64,000 bases of DNA. Source: a virus. Under the pieces are notes generated by a model that did no database searches, was not told the DNA's origin, and saw nothing but the letters and a program-made list of their open reading frames with translations. Position 1 is the first letter of the stretch; every line of letters starts with the position of its first letter. Positions 8,017-16,097 of the stretch are shown here, one piece after another. The DNA is taken from the IMG/VR virus record IMGVR_UViG_3300005253_000055. One strand, written 5' to 3'. The position numbers and the translations under genes are program-made.

Positions 8017-8178
8017 ATGAAAACTCTTAAATGTAGTTACTGCGGAAGGCTTCTGGGTAACAGTTATTCTTTCAACTCTATTTTCATTAAACCTACGCTT
8101 TACAGATGTAAAAGATGGCGGTGCAATCTTGCTACAAAACGGGGGTATGTTAAGATTCATATTGAGATTCTACCATGA
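8017..8178 (+). CDS. small zinc-ribbon-like protein (53 aa, absent from ORF track)
   Basis: MKTLKCSYCGRLL...YRCKRWRCNL; ATG preceded by the AATACACTCAAACCC start-region motif; resembles the 8939-9079 product. Confidence 0.5.
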   Translation: MKTLKCSYCGRLLGNSYSFNSIFIKPTLYRCKRWRCNLATKRGYVKIHIEILP

Positions 8179-8253
8179 AAACTGCTTTACTATACACTCT
8201 GCATATTACTACATTCATTATTACCAAATCTTTACATTAATACAAAAGATACT

Positions 8254-8445
8254 ATGAAACACATGAAACCTTCTCTATTCCTATTAATACACATCCTTAA
8301 CTGGACACCATTAGGAGTTATAATCTTTCCTATATTCTTCATAAGGTCGTTATCATGGAGTCCATTAGCTACAATAATACATGGAGCAGTAATGGGAGCT
8401 TGGATAGGTGGTATAGTATATCTATTCCTACATTACTCCCAATAG
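8254..8445 (+). CDS. small membrane protein
   Basis: 63 aa with two hydrophobic segments. Confidence 0.55.
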   Translation: MKHMKPSLFLLIHILNWTPLGVIIFPIFFIRSLSWSPLATIIHGAVMGAWIGGIVYLFLHYSQ

Positions 8446-8536
8446 TAAACTACATCAGACAACTACTTGACATATATTATTAATACACTCTATTTTACAT
8501 TGACTAAAACTAATACTACATTTAAACTACATAAAG

Positions 8537-8866
8537 ATGATAACTCTTAATAGCAAAGAACTAAGAAAGTTTAACATTAATAGAGATATATACATCCAAA
8601 TTAATGAGAAAGGATGGACACATTTAAGGAAGACTGTAGGAGAAGAGTATATAAAGCATTGTATAACTACTGAAGCATATAGAAGAGAGATAGATGGTGA
8701 AGTATGGTATAAATTACAATGTCATACTGTATTTGAGTTACTACCAACAGGAGTAGGACTTAGTACACTATTCAACACCAATATAATGTTTGATGATGAG
8801 TCATTAATTAAGAAATCAATAGAAACTAGTCCAGAAGTTCTTGACGAAGAATCATTTAGCTGGTAG
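8537..8866 (+). CDS. hypothetical protein
   Basis: 109-aa ORF with TTAAACTAC motif upstream. Confidence 0.6.
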   Translation: MITLNSKELRKFNINRDIYIQINEKGWTHLRKTVGEEYIKHCITTEAYRREIDGEVWYKLQCHTVFELLPTGVGLSTLFNTNIMFDDESLIKKSIETSPEVLDEESFSW

Positions 8867-8938
8867 ACTACATCAGTAGTCCTACTGGTACACGTTACTA
8901 ATACATTACACTATTACAACTACTAAAACAATAGACAA

Positions 8939-9079
8939 ATGGAGGCAACAAATAAGTATAAATGTCCATATTGTAAGACGATTCTAATAAGAAGGAGTAC
9001 AAAACGATGGATAAAAGGTTGGTGTAGTGTAGCCGACAAATTTGTAAGAATGCAACTAATACCATCATATAATCACTAA
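8939..9079 (+). CDS. small zinc-ribbon-like protein (46 aa, absent from ORF track)
   Basis: MEATNKYKCPYCKTILIRRSTKRWIKGWCSVADKF...; AACTACTAAAA motif upstream; paralog-like to 8017-8178. Confidence 0.5.
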   Translation: MEATNKYKCPYCKTILIRRSTKRWIKGWCSVADKFVRMQLIPSYNH

Positions 9080-9083
9080 TACA

Positions 9084-9767
9084 ATGAACTATGAAATCAT
9101 AAAAGATCCGGCAATACTCAGGGAGTTTATAGACTGGCTTCCTGAGCTTGAACCTCATGAGACTTACTACCTTGCACTATTTGCACGTAATAAGTATGCC
9201 CGAGATATTAAACATATCCAGACTGATAAGGCTCAACTCAAACGAGTAGTCACTAAGAAAGACCGTATAGAATCTAAAATCAAGCAGATGGAATGTGCAG
9301 TAGGTAGTTACACTCACAAAGGCGACACGATACCTCAAGAAGCATTGGCTTTATATATCACTCCAAATCCTCGTTGTCAAATCAAAGCAGCTAAATATGC
9401 AGCTCGTAGACTTGTAGAACTAGTAACTGAACCTTATAGTAATTACAATACTCATCAAATAGCAATGAGTGAAGTACATAAGGCTTGTAGCCGTAAAGTA
9501 TACTTCGACATGGACTTTGATGGTGTTGACCTTGATCCAATACTACATGAGATGATACACTATATCAATATGGATGCTATTACTGTACTACAAACAAGAG
9601 GAGGCTTTCATATACTTGTTGAGTTAAAGAAGATACGTGACGGATATGTTAAAACATGGTACAAGGGAATGACTACTATTACAGGTTGTGACATCAAAGG
9701 AGATAACATGATACCAGTACCTGGTTGTACACAAGGTAACTTTATTCCTTCTTTCCTTTATACTTAA
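9084..9767 (+). CDS. archaeo-eukaryotic primase (AEP)/primase-polymerase-like protein
   Basis: 227 aa; VYFDMDFD (DxD, motif I-like), TRGGFHILV (GxH, motif II-like), CDIKGDNMIPVPGCTQG (motif III-like), in the canonical order. Confidence 0.4.
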   Translation: MNYEIIKDPAILREFIDWLPELEPHETYYLALFARNKYARDIKHIQTDKAQLKRVVTKKDRIESKIKQMECAVGSYTHKGDTIPQEALALYITPNPRCQIKAAKYAARRLVELVTEPYSNYNTHQIAMSEVHKACSRKVYFDMDFDGVDLDPILHEMIHYINMDAITVLQTRGGFHILVELKKIRDGYVKTWYKGMTTITGCDIKGDNMIPVPGCTQGNFIPSFLYT

Positions 9768-9792
9768 CATTTAACTACTAAACAATACAATA

Positions 9793-9957
9793 ATGAATAA
9801 ACTTAGACGATATATAATAGGTAGTATGATAGGTATGTGTTTTGAATATACTTATCGAGTAGATTCTAATGTATGGTACATACCTTTAATCATAGGTATA
9901 TTGTTGAGTACAGTTGTAGTTCTTGATGTAATAAAAACACCTAGAGATAATAGTTGA
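9793..9957 (+). CDS. small membrane protein (54 aa, absent from ORF track)
   Basis: MNKLRRYIIGSMIGMCF...IPLIIGILLSTVVVL; preceded by AACTACTAAACAATACAATA-ATG. Confidence 0.45.
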   Translation: MNKLRRYIIGSMIGMCFEYTYRVDSNVWYIPLIIGILLSTVVVLDVIKTPRDNS

Positions 9958-9979
9958 CGTATTAATAAACAATACAATA

Positions 9980-10108
9980 ATGAAAGACAGACAACAATCC
10001 CAGACATTACCACCAGCACCACCTGATGATGGTAGTTGCCTTTGGCTAGTTCTTGCTATAATAATGGTGGTCATAATATGTAGCATTCTAATTAAGGTAA
10101 TAGTATAG
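9980..10108 (+). CDS. small membrane protein (42 aa, absent from ORF track)
   Basis: MKDRQQSQTLPPAPPDDGSCLWLVLAIIMVVIICSILIKVIV; preceded by the same AAACAATACAATA-ATG cassette. Confidence 0.45.
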   Translation: MKDRQQSQTLPPAPPDDGSCLWLVLAIIMVVIICSILIKVIV

Positions 10109-10126
10109 TAACTAAACAATACAATA

Positions 10127-10591
10127 ATGGAAACAATTGATATTACACCAAAGAGGATATTAACAAGAGAGGAACTTACACTAGAGGTGAGTAGGCTTAA
10201 TGCTATGTTAGACAGTGATATAATTACGGGGGAACCATTTTTGTTTCCTCATTCAAATCAGATACGAGTAGATCCTTTGATACCAAGAGTAGCTGCATTA
10301 TCAATTAAAGTGAACGAATTAGATCGAAGAAATACAGAAGCAAGTAGAATACCTTCTTCTCCTAAGAAACTATCAAAGAAGAGTAAAGAAATCTTAGCTG
10401 AAATAAATGGAAAAAAGAAACTATGGGAAAATGGTGATAAGACTTGTCATTTTACCTATACTTTAAGCATTAAGGAGTTTAAACCTCTAGTTAGTATTCT
10501 TTCTGATTACTTTTATGTTTATACAGCAGTAGTAAGACACCGTTCCGGTAGAGGAAAGGGAGAGAAAATAGTAACTATTACCTTTAAATAA
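10127..10591 (+). CDS. hypothetical protein
   Basis: 154-aa ORF; same AAACAATACAATA-ATG start cassette. Confidence 0.6.
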   Translation: METIDITPKRILTREELTLEVSRLNAMLDSDIITGEPFLFPHSNQIRVDPLIPRVAALSIKVNELDRRNTEASRIPSSPKKLSKKSKEILAEINGKKKLWENGDKTCHFTYTLSIKEFKPLVSILSDYFYVYTAVVRHRSGRGKGEKIVTITFK

Positions 10592-10686
10592 TATTGATCA
10601 ACAGTGTACTGACGCACCTACAGGAGCTCTACGTTACTCAGTATAGTAACTCCTGGATCATTTTTAAACCATTAACTACTAAACAA

Positions 10687-11124
10687 ATGAAAAAAGGAAC
10701 TTATAAATCACAAGTTATTAAAGCTCTTAAGAAACTCATAGAGCAGTATAGAAACCATGCATATGTACCTGGACGAGAGGTATGTCCTTTATGTAATATC
10801 TTCTCTAAGATCAGAAGGGCCAACCTCTACGCCTCTGAGTGTAATGGATGTCCAATGGCCCCATTATATGCTGGAATCATACAACAGAAAGGAGGTTGTA
10901 GTTCTTTTCACTCCTATCAAAATGTAACACATATGCATCGTTTCGATGACACTCCGTCTAGTCGAAGGACTTTGATTAAAGCACAAGATAAAAGAGCTGA
11001 CTTCCATGAAGAGCTATTAAAACTAGTAAGAACATTACCTACTAGTCAATTTAATCCAAAGACATGGAAGTATTTAGATTTACGATACATAGAAGATAAG
11101 ATTCAAGCTTTAAATAAAGACTGA
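10687..11124 (+). CDS. Cys-rich paralog family A, member 1
   Basis: The track ORF begins at TTG 10594. ATG 10687 follows AACTACTAAAC and aligns with the paralog N-termini. Shares CPLC..CxGCP..GC..F.SY..FHE.L..LP..F..WKYL. Confidence 0.6.
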   Translation: MKKGTYKSQVIKALKKLIEQYRNHAYVPGREVCPLCNIFSKIRRANLYASECNGCPMAPLYAGIIQQKGGCSSFHSYQNVTHMHRFDDTPSSRRTLIKAQDKRADFHEELLKLVRTLPTSQFNPKTWKYLDLRYIEDKIQALNKD

Positions 11125-11459
11125 TGACAAAGAAAGAAAAAACGATAAAGGCACTAATAGAGTTAATTGACTTGTACAGGAATCATAACTATGTACCTCA
11201 TGCAAAATCCAAATGTCCTCTCTGTACGATACATTGGGACTCTGAACATGGCTGTAAAGGATGTCCTTTAGCTAACTCTTATGGGAGCATGGGATGTACG
11301 CATTTTACTTCTTATGTTGACTTTTCTCGGACATCTCAGAAGACTCGTGAAAGAAGAGCTAAGTTTCATGAAGATTTAATTAAGTTTATAAAGCCATTAC
11401 CTACTAAACAGTTCACTAAGGGTGGATGGAAGTTCCTAGACATTGGTTATGAGAAATAA
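11124..11459 (+). CDS. Cys-rich paralog family A, member 2
   Basis: 111 aa; TIKALIELIDLYRNHNYVP, CPLC, CKGCP, GCTHFTSY, FHEDL, LPTKQF, WKFL; ATGA start/stop overlap with member 1. Confidence 0.7.
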   Translation: MTKKEKTIKALIELIDLYRNHNYVPHAKSKCPLCTIHWDSEHGCKGCPLANSYGSMGCTHFTSYVDFSRTSQKTRERRAKFHEDLIKFIKPLPTKQFTKGGWKFLDIGYEK

Positions 11460-11471
11460 ACAATTAAACTA

Positions 11472-11984
11472 ATGAAAAAGATATTAAGATATTACATGAA
11501 TCTCAATGAGCGGGACAGTAACAAGTATTTAATTCATTACCTTGTAACAGCTAGTTTGACAATAGTGCTTTCTATTCTCCTCCTCAAGGATATACTTGTG
11601 GCAAGAGAAATAAGTATAGTTATAGTAGGTATAGTATTATCTACTTATACTTTAACAGTAATGGTCTTCTCTACATGGCCTACATTTAGATTCATAGAGC
11701 CTAAGTATTTCTGGCCTGTTTACGCCAGATTCTATAAAAGATTTATTGATTCAGAAGTAACGCATTATTTCTTTTATAGTAAGAAACAAGAACGAAAAGA
11801 TTATTCATTAGGATATAATTGGTCAACTCCCTGGCTTCCTGCTAGAAATAGTTTAATCTATTTCAAGGGTATGTCCTATACAGAGATGAAAGAAATAGGA
11901 CATGGTTGGTCTAATTATTGTGATGTTAGACTAGTAGGACTTGGGAGCCTCAAAGATATTAATGTATTAAAGTTAACGAAATAA
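11472..11984 (+). CDS. membrane protein
   Basis: 170 aa with two long hydrophobic segments near the N-terminus. Confidence 0.6.
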   Translation: MKKILRYYMNLNERDSNKYLIHYLVTASLTIVLSILLLKDILVAREISIVIVGIVLSTYTLTVMVFSTWPTFRFIEPKYFWPVYARFYKRFIDSEVTHYFFYSKKQERKDYSLGYNWSTPWLPARNSLIYFKGMSYTEMKEIGHGWSNYCDVRLVGLGSLKDINVLKLTK

Positions 11985-12000
11985 TTAAACCACTAATACA

Positions 12001-12405
12001 ATGTGTGAGATATTAGAAGACTTTACAGAGTCTAAGAACTTTACTGGCTACAAAGTAGCTAGAAAAGAAAAAGGAAAATACTACTCTCTTACAACAGGGA
12101 TAGAGTATCGAGAAGGACGTACGATGCCTAAGTTAAGACAGAAACTAGTAAGAGCGGATGTAGAAAGATGGCCTTGGAATCTACTAGAATCGGGTTCTAC
12201 GTTTTATTCACCTGGAATGCAGGGCAGAACAGGAGTATTTGTACACAAACCAACTGTTCATCTTATTCAAAGTCCAGATACAGCAGTGTTATTAAAAATG
12301 ACTATAACTGGGGGACTAAAAAGAGGTAGGTATATCGGTTCAGTTCTTCTTATAGCAGGAAGAAAGATAGTCAAGTTTAAAGAAGTAAAGTTTGCTACTA
12401 TCTAG
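12001..12405 (+). CDS. paralog family B (GYK[IV]A), member 1
   Basis: MCEILEDFTESKNFTGYKVARKEKGKYYSLTTGIEYREG...GRTGVFV...AGRKI; similar to 12516-12959 and the N-terminus of 16601-17140. Confidence 0.6.
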   Translation: MCEILEDFTESKNFTGYKVARKEKGKYYSLTTGIEYREGRTMPKLRQKLVRADVERWPWNLLESGSTFYSPGMQGRTGVFVHKPTVHLIQSPDTAVLLKMTITGGLKRGRYIGSVLLIAGRKIVKFKEVKFATI

Positions 12406-12515
12406 TACTAAGAGTAAACTTACTGTGTAGTAGAAAGACATCCCATCTTTTTCTAGAGGGATAAAACTTAATGCAAAGACAATACAGTTTATTCAAACTA
12501 TTAAACTACAAACAA

Positions 12516-12959
12516 ATGTGTGATTTAACCGAAAACATTTCTAAATCTATAGTCTTTGGCTATAAGATAGCCGTAAAGATTATAAAAGACAATGGTGAGA
12601 TAGAATATAGATCATTAGCTACCCGTATAGCTTATAAGAAAGGTAATGTTGAAGTTCCTGACCAGTCCAAGAATATTACTGCTTATCTTTGTTTTGCTCC
12701 TGACTTACATAGACCTACTTCTCCTGCTTATGTTCCTAGTTTAGTAGGAAGAACTTCCGTCTTTGTTATTCTTAGTGATGCTATATGTCTTGGTTCTAAT
12801 CTACCAAGTTATTTGGGAAAAAATCAAGATAGATTGTCACTTGTAGTAATAAAATTGGGATTAAAAGATGATCTCATGCAAGGATGCTATGCTAGTTCTC
12901 CTGTCTATGCTGGTAGAAGAATAACAAGTGTAAAGGAGATTGAAGAAATAAGGTACTAA
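12516..12959 (+). CDS. paralog family B (GYK[IV]A), member 2
   Basis: Start moved from 12471 to ATG 12516 (TTAAACTACAAACAA-ATG; MCDLTENISKS aligns with MCEILEDFTES); GYKIAVK..YRSLATRIAYKKG..GRTSVFV..AGRRI. Confidence 0.55.
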   Translation: MCDLTENISKSIVFGYKIAVKIIKDNGEIEYRSLATRIAYKKGNVEVPDQSKNITAYLCFAPDLHRPTSPAYVPSLVGRTSVFVILSDAICLGSNLPSYLGKNQDRLSLVVIKLGLKDDLMQGCYASSPVYAGRRITSVKEIEEIRY

Positions 12960-12995
12960 ATTAAAGATAAGTTAAACTACTAAACCCATAAGACA

Positions 12996-13367
12996 ATGAA
13001 AATATACTATACTATTAAACGAAACAATACCAAAGGTCAATGGCGACCACTACAACATAGAAAGCGACAGCAAAGAAAGCCTCGAACAAGAGATTTAAGA
13101 AGTACAGTTAAACATTTCTTTTATCTTGGTACTGTTGAAGGTACAAATAATGGAATAGGAAATACTGAAAAGGAGTTTGAGAAGGCTTTTAAATTAAGTT
13201 ATCATAATATAGGAACAGAAGTATATAAATATAAATATTCCTTATGGAGTATACTATGTGATGCCTTTGTTGCCGGTGTCTTTGTGGGATTTAGTAAATC
13301 CTATTTATGGATTGAAGGTGATCCTTTTAATCATTACTTAGATACTCATAATATATGTTTTATTTAA
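12996..13367 (+). CDS. hypothetical protein
   Basis: 123 aa with basic N-terminus and hydrophobic C-terminal segment; AACTACTAAAC motif upstream. Confidence 0.5.
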   Translation: MKIYYTIKRNNTKGQWRPLQHRKRQQRKPRTRDLRSTVKHFFYLGTVEGTNNGIGNTEKEFEKAFKLSYHNIGTEVYKYKYSLWSILCDAFVAGVFVGFSKSYLWIEGDPFNHYLDTHNICFI

Positions 13368-13379
13368 ACTCATAAGATA

Positions 13380-13598
13380 ATGAAACACTTAATAATAATA
13401 CTACTACTCATTTGTTGTAGTTGTAAAGCTTCAATATTACCAGTTAAGTATTGCACCACACCTGATAGTTGCCCAAGACCAGAAACTACAGCGAGTATGT
13501 TGACAGAAACAACTAAGTGGGAAGGGATCATGGTAACAGGAGTTGGAGGACTTTTGGTTGTGGTCTTTATTGAAGCACTAATTGAAGCTAATAAATAA
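13380..13598 (+). CDS. small lipoprotein-like membrane protein
   Basis: MKHLIIILLLICCSCKAS signal/lipobox-like N-terminus and a C-terminal hydrophobic segment. Confidence 0.5.
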   Translation: MKHLIIILLLICCSCKASILPVKYCTTPDSCPRPETTASMLTETTKWEGIMVTGVGGLLVVVFIEALIEANK

Positions 13599-13641
13599 AG
13601 AATAAAGATAAAACTATATTATAAACTAACTACAAACTACA

Positions 13642-14226
13642 ATGGAAGAGATTAAATTAAGCAACTACGAAAGTACAAAAGTAAATGAGATCTTTGGTAT
13701 ACCTCAGGAAAGAATAGACAGGATAGAGTTCTCACTCTATAAGAACCTATTGGCTTGTCTATTCAGTACAGGTGATGAGTCATTGCAAGTCCTAGAGTGT
13801 ATTATAAACTCCTATGCTAATTCTGCTAAAGAATCTGTAGCTATTACTCTACTATACGCTGAAAAGATGACGGACATTGCGAAAATGAATGTTACTCATA
13901 GAGCAGTACATTGGTTAAAGCTACAAGTTAGTAAAGATGTTACTACTTTGGAAGAGTTTGAATCAGTAGCACCTATTCCTTCTACTCTTAATCAGAACCT
14001 GGTAGAAGACGCAATACGGTCTATGGCAAGAGTACATGTAGAATCTGGAAGCTGTGGACAGCTTGGTACAGGTAACTGTATGTTGGAGGAAATCTATTTA
14101 GGTAAAGAGAGTCCGGGTTTGATTATAAGACAGGACATGGCAAAGGAACATCCACATTCTTCATCTGAGCTTCCCCATATGCCTAGTCTCGCTGGTCTTA
14201 AAAGATTACTAGGAATACGGATATAG
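13642..14226 (+). CDS. hypothetical protein
   Basis: 194-aa ORF with ATG start. Confidence 0.6.
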   Translation: MEEIKLSNYESTKVNEIFGIPQERIDRIEFSLYKNLLACLFSTGDESLQVLECIINSYANSAKESVAITLLYAEKMTDIAKMNVTHRAVHWLKLQVSKDVTTLEEFESVAPIPSTLNQNLVEDAIRSMARVHVESGSCGQLGTGNCMLEEIYLGKESPGLIIRQDMAKEHPHSSSELPHMPSLAGLKRLLGIRI

Positions 14227-14318
14227 TAAAGAAAAAAGAAGATAGCAGAGAAGTTAGCTCAAGCTAGAAAGAAAGAAGCAAATACTAAACTAGGTAAAAA
14301 CTACTAAATATAGACATT

Positions 14319-14663
14319 ATGAACAAGAAAGATAGAACAATCAAAGCAATCGAGTATCTTATAGTTGAGTATAAGGCACATAACTATATTCCTTATATTA
14401 CTAACTGTCCTCTCTGTATCCTTCATCGAAGGCATCCGTTCCCAAAGTCTTGTAAGGGTTGTCCCCAAGCTTGTATAGAAGGCGGCATAGGCTGTATACT
14501 TTTTGACTCCTATCCAAAAAGTCCTTCTTCCCCTACTTATCAAGTAGCTCAAGATATTAGAGCGGCCTTTCACGAAAGACTACTTAAGAAGATTAAGAGA
14601 CTACCTCCCAGTCGATTTACAATAAGAGGCTGGAAATACCTTAAAATGAAATATGACCAATGA
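14319..14663 (+). CDS. Cys-rich paralog family A, member 3
   Basis: 114 aa; TIKAIEYLIVEYKAHNYIP, CPLC, CKGCP, GCILFDSY, FHERL, LPPSRF, WKYL. Confidence 0.7.
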   Translation: MNKKDRTIKAIEYLIVEYKAHNYIPYITNCPLCILHRRHPFPKSCKGCPQACIEGGIGCILFDSYPKSPSSPTYQVAQDIRAAFHERLLKKIKRLPPSRFTIRGWKYLKMKYDQ

Positions 14664-14711
14664 GACATTGTTGATGCCTATTGCTAGTAGGTAGTTTAGT
14701 AGTAGTGGTTG

Positions 14712-14743
14712 AGCAGGAGTCTATTCAGGCTCCTGTTCTTTTT
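14712..14743 (+). terminator. rho-independent terminator
   Basis: AGCAGGAG / CTCCTGTT 8-bp stem, followed by CTTTTT. Confidence 0.5.
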
Positions 14744-14761
14744 ACTTTAAACCCATAAAAA

Positions 14762-15223
14762 ATGAAGATATATTATGCTCACAGCAATAAAGAGATTAAT
14801 TCTCCTGTTCATAGAAGACGGGAGATTTTCCTAAAAGAAACCTTTGGTAAGGTAGCCGAGGTTATAGACCCCTCCCACGATTTACCATTAGGTATGTTAT
14901 CTAACCAGTATATTGATTACGCTCTTAACGAGTGTGGCCTTGTAATAGCTACTGAATATCTAGACTTTATAGGAAGAGGAGTTTATACTATTCTTTCTAA
15001 GTGTATTCAGCAGGATCATAAACCTAGAGCTATCTTAATGAGAGAAGATGAAGATAAATTAGGTGTATCCTTTTATCTTGTAAGAGAGGTAGCATTAGTA
15101 GAACCTTCCGATTGGGTTGTACGATATGGTAAGGTTACTGTAACAAGAGAGGTTAAGTTACTTGACTTGATAGAATTATTAACTAGTAAAAATATACCAG
15201 ATGCCGAAGATAAGAAAGTTTAA
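14762..15223 (+). CDS. hypothetical protein
   Basis: 153-aa ORF with TTTAAACCC motif upstream. Confidence 0.6.
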   Translation: MKIYYAHSNKEINSPVHRRREIFLKETFGKVAEVIDPSHDLPLGMLSNQYIDYALNECGLVIATEYLDFIGRGVYTILSKCIQQDHKPRAILMREDEDKLGVSFYLVREVALVEPSDWVVRYGKVTVTREVKLLDLIELLTSKNIPDAEDKKV

Positions 15224-15398
15224 AGTACTAAAGACTAATAGTGATGAAGAGTTCCAGACTCAGTTAAATCACTACGAGGATGATGGTGGAGATGTAACAG
15301 TACATAGTCATCGGTCTAAGTCTGTACCACCTAAACAGATACCTGGTTACACAAAGCATTCTGCGCTTATCAGTTATTGGACAGATGGTAGTAAGTAG
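15201..15398 (+). CDS. hypothetical protein
   Basis: 65-aa ORF overlapping the upstream gene by 23 nt. Confidence 0.45.
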   Translation: MPKIRKFKVLKTNSDEEFQTQLNHYEDDGGDVTVHSHRSKSVPPKQIPGYTKHSALISYWTDGSK

Positions 15399-15691
15399 AA
15401 AAAATACAACAGAGCAACTTCAAGCAAATGAATTTATCTTCATGGGTTTGAAGAACTAGGCCCTGCCTAGACTAAATACCGGAACTTTAGAAACTACGAT
15501 GTTACTGCAAGGTGAAGTAAGACTAGGGTTGGTGTTAAACCGGGTATGGGAATATTACCTAACTCCCCAAGTATTTAAGATTAAGGAGAGTAAGTTGATG
15601 AGGGACTCCCACCAGAATAGCTAGATACAACTTCAAGAGTAGGCATGCTACGTTTGGAGGAGAAAACGAGGTGAAAAGGGAGCGAAGTCAA
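15399..15691 (+). ncRNA. candidate structured non-coding RNA or decayed gene
   Basis: About 300 nt with no ORF over 41 aa; visibly GC-richer than its flanks; several local and long-range complementary segments; ends at a terminator hairpin. Confidence 0.25.
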
Positions 15692-15731
15692 GAGACATAG
15701 AGAACTGGCTCTCTGTCTCAACTCTCCTTTT
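15692..15731 (+). terminator. rho-independent terminator
   Basis: GAGACA.AGAG-AACTGG-CTCT.TGTCTC stem (15692-15719), with a TTTT tract 8 nt downstream. Confidence 0.45.
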
Positions 15732-15776
15732 AATTACTTATATTCAAACTATTATTAACCTTAAACTCATATTATT

Positions 15777-16097
15777 ATGTCAAACAAAGATAAGAAACTA
15801 GTTGTTATCCTTATGGATATTACCTGTGGATGTAGTACGGAAGTACACAACATTCTAAGAGAAGTTTCAAAGACTTCCAAGATAACTCACCAAGAAAATA
15901 TGGGTGAGGGTATATCCAACTTAAAAATTAGAGATATTGATCTTAAGGATTGGGACCGCTGGAAGGAAGATGAAAGTTTCTTTGGTGAGGCCTGGGAAGA
16001 AATAGAAGAAGAAGAAAAAGAAAAGATCATTCTAAAAATGGGGAAGCAGGGAATTGATAAAGATGGGGATCTTATAATTCATGAGAGTCCAGGATGA
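15777..16097 (+). CDS. hypothetical acidic protein
   Basis: 106 aa with an E-rich stretch (WEEIEEEEKEK). Confidence 0.55.
   Translation: MSNKDKKLVVILMDITCGCSTEVHNILREVSKTSKITHQENMGEGISNLKIRDIDLKDWDRWKEDESFFGEAWEEIEEEEKEKIILKMGKQGIDKDGDLIIHESPG

Noticed and set aside
7975-10119. Minus-strand track ORFs 7975-8160, 8898-9158 and 9886-10119
   Set aside because: They are isolated antisense ORFs with hydrophobic, low-complexity products in an all-plus-strand block. Plus-strand micro-ORFs with conserved start cassettes explain the same DNA better.
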